Of a stretch of DNA of 64,000 nucleotides, positions 62,313 through 64,000 are shown in pieces. A model generated the notes under the pieces. That model was not told the DNA's origin. It did no database searches and saw only the letters and a list, made by a program, of their open reading frames with translations. Both the position numbers and the translations under genes were made by a program. Each line of letters starts with the position of its first letter. Position 1 is the stretch's first letter. The DNA is from a bacterium (GTDB lineage Bacteria; Bacillota; Clostridia; Oscillospirales; Acutalibacteraceae): assembly GCA_020624805.1 (NCBI GenBank), contig JAHKVW010000017.1, forward strand, positions 6,185 through 70,184, written 5' to 3'.

Positions 62313-63998
62313 TTATCGGTGCTTTTCATTATCATAAAACGATGCGTATTTGTCGGGTTTCGGTGCGTATTGTTTCATGAACTTCATGCGGTCTGCGTTG
62401 TAGACCTTCTTTCCGCAGAAGGTAATAGCTAGAGCGTTGTTTTCCGGGCATCGGCGCACACATTCGCCGCACATAATGCAGTCGGCGGTGGTAACGTCTA
62501 CCCGGCGAACGTCCTTGCCCTTGCGCTCGGTAAAGATCGACTTGATCCCCATCGGGCAAGCCTCATAGCACGCGCCGCACTCGGTACAGGCAACCGCGTC
62601 CTTTTTGAGCTTAAACAGCGACGCCTTATGCGTCATCCCGATGATATAGCCCAGCGGACAGATATTGCAGAAAGCTCTGCGCTTGAAAAAGCCCGCGACG
62701 ATCACGACGATCATGAAGAAGCCACCGAGACCCAGACTCAATTTAAAGCCCGCCAGTGCCGGTGAGATCGCCGCCGCGGGACAGAAGTCGCAAAAATTGC
62801 CGCCGATAAAGCCGATCGCGAGGAAGATGATCAGCATGATCCACTTGACCAGCCTGAGGACGGCGTACATCTTCTCGTTGAGGGAGATCCCCTCGATATG
62901 TAACGCCTGTCTTGCTTCATGCGCGACGTCCTGCACAAATCCCAGCGGACAGATAAAGCCGCACAGAACGCGTCCGAGCAGGACGGCGCAGATGATGAAG
63001 CTGCCGAAGAAGGAGAGGATCTCCTGCCAGCCTTCGCTGAATAACACGTCGAGATGGCTGAAATAGTAGCAACCGGCGCTTGTCAGCTGATCGAGGTTGT
63101 ACGGACAGGCGAGCACCGGGAGCTGGACGTTGGTGAACACCGTTCCCGTCAGTCTGCTGCCGAAGATCAACAGCGCGAAGCTGAGAATCATGATGATCCA
63201 TCTGACCGTCTGAAATCCGAATACAAATCGCTTTTTGCGTGTATCTTTGGAAGTGATCGCTGTTTTGCCGATCGGCATCTTTTCCTTTTTGTACAACAGC
63301 TTTCTCAGCAACACATCCAGCGCGATACAGATGATTGAAATCAGAATGATGATACCGAACGGCAGCATCGCCGACAGCCATCGCGCGGTGAAGATCGTAT
63401 CCGCCTCCACCTGATAGCGGAGTGTATAGGTGTTGTGCGCATCGGGTATATAGGTAAAGGTAAGACCGTTGCGTACATCGTTAAGGTTCAGTTCGTTGAT
63501 GTTTCCGTTTTCGTCGGTCGTGACCTGCTTTGTCGTGCCGTCCGCAAGCGTTACGGTGATGGTTGCGTCAGGTATGGTTTCGCCTTCGAGATAGACGGTG
63601 AAATGATCTCTGTCGACATATGCGACTTCAAAGGGTATCTCGTCGCTGAGGAACACGTTTGCCGAGGTAGTATATCCCTGCGTGTACTCCATATCGGTCT
63701 TGGCGATATGGTAAAACTTCTCGATGATCACATCACCGTCATCGTTCGACTCATCGACCCGTACAGCGGCAAAGCTGCCGAGGAAATCAGACGGTAAGGA
63801 TTCCGTATAAGCTCCCTCAACGGTTTTGACACCCTCGACCGTCAACGCGTAAACGGTCGAATCCTCCGCACCGTGCAGGGTGATCGCGTCGTTATCATAG
63901 GTGAAAGATAAATCTTTGTCGTCGTTTTCAACGGTCAGGGAGGCGCGTGCTAAGGGATCGTCATATTGAAAGAACGCCAGATCTGCCGCAAAGTATGC
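62313..63998 (-). CDS. membrane 4Fe-4S-binding protein (NapH/MauN-like) with large N-terminal domain; 5' end beyond the window
   Basis: GRVLCGFICPLG, FCNICPLG, CTECGACYEAC, CIMCGECVRRC; frame open to the window edge. Confidence 0.85.
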   Translation of the reverse strand, partial: AYFAADLAFFQYDDPLARASLTVENDDKDLSFTYDNDAITLHGAEDSTVYALTVEGVKTVEGAYTESLPSDFLGSFAAVRVDESNDDGDVIIEKFYHIAKTDMEYTQGYTTSANVFLSDEIPFEVAYVDRDHFTVYLEGETIPDATITVTLADGTTKQVTTDENGNINELNLNDVRNGLTFTYIPDAHNTYTLRYQVEADTIFTARWLSAMLPFGIIILISIICIALDVLLRKLLYKKEKMPIGKTAITSKDTRKKRFVFGFQTVRWIIMILSFALLIFGSRLTGTVFTNVQLPVLACPYNLDQLTSAGCYYFSHLDVLFSEGWQEILSFFGSFIICAVLLGRVLCGFICPLGFVQDVAHEARQALHIEGISLNEKMYAVLRLVKWIMLIIFLAIGFIGGNFCDFCPAAAISPALAGFKLSLGLGGFFMIVVIVAGFFKRRAFCNICPLGYIIGMTHKASLFKLKKDAVACTECGACYEACPMGIKSIFTERKGKDVRRVDVTTADCIMCGECVRRCPENNALAITFCGKKVYNADRMKFMKQYAPKPDKYASFYDNEKHR

Positions 63999-64000
63999 TG

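Noticed and set aside
60875-62335. ORF-track N-terminal extensions (this one, also pyrG 13918, trpD 50225, trpE 51963, LytTR 7452, nuoE 24689)
   Set aside because: Downstream starts have proper RBSs and match family N-termini; the extensions overlap neighbours or repeats.

Overview
A ~55% GC anaerobic Firmicute window, probably Ruminococcus/Oscillospiraceae-like (inferred from a dockerin protein, GS type III and adhE-rex). Left end: adhE-rex, LysR, GNAT, and a LytTR/DUF3021 regulatory module with LytTR-type direct repeats on both divergent promoters, followed by a large secreted CxxC-repeat dockerin protein. Centre (12.2-56.8 kb): a dense nitrogen/glutamine gene cluster containing pyrG, gltBD, an Stn-like NuoE/NuoF/GltD-type oxidoreductase, gdhA, two GS-I-like paralogs, two ANTAR proteins, glmS, dapL, glnN (GS III), an Amt-PII fusion, purF, carAB, a T-box-controlled trp operon and a gamma-glutamyl ligase/Ntn-hydrolase cluster. 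Right end: an IS200-like remnant, a two-component system and a double-cubane-type reductase/activase cluster. Main finding: both GS-I paralogs lack key catalytic residues, both ANTAR proteins have non-phosphorylatable receiver domains, and a single-hairpin RNA element (C-AAAG[G/A]C-G hexaloop inside an intrinsic terminator) occurs in 8 clear copies plus 1 degenerate copy ahead of nitrogen genes. One copy drives an apparently non-coding ~245-nt transcript. Together these suggest a pseudo-enzyme/ANTAR nitrogen-sensing antitermination system; this model is inference. No rRNA, tRNA or CRISPR array was seen.
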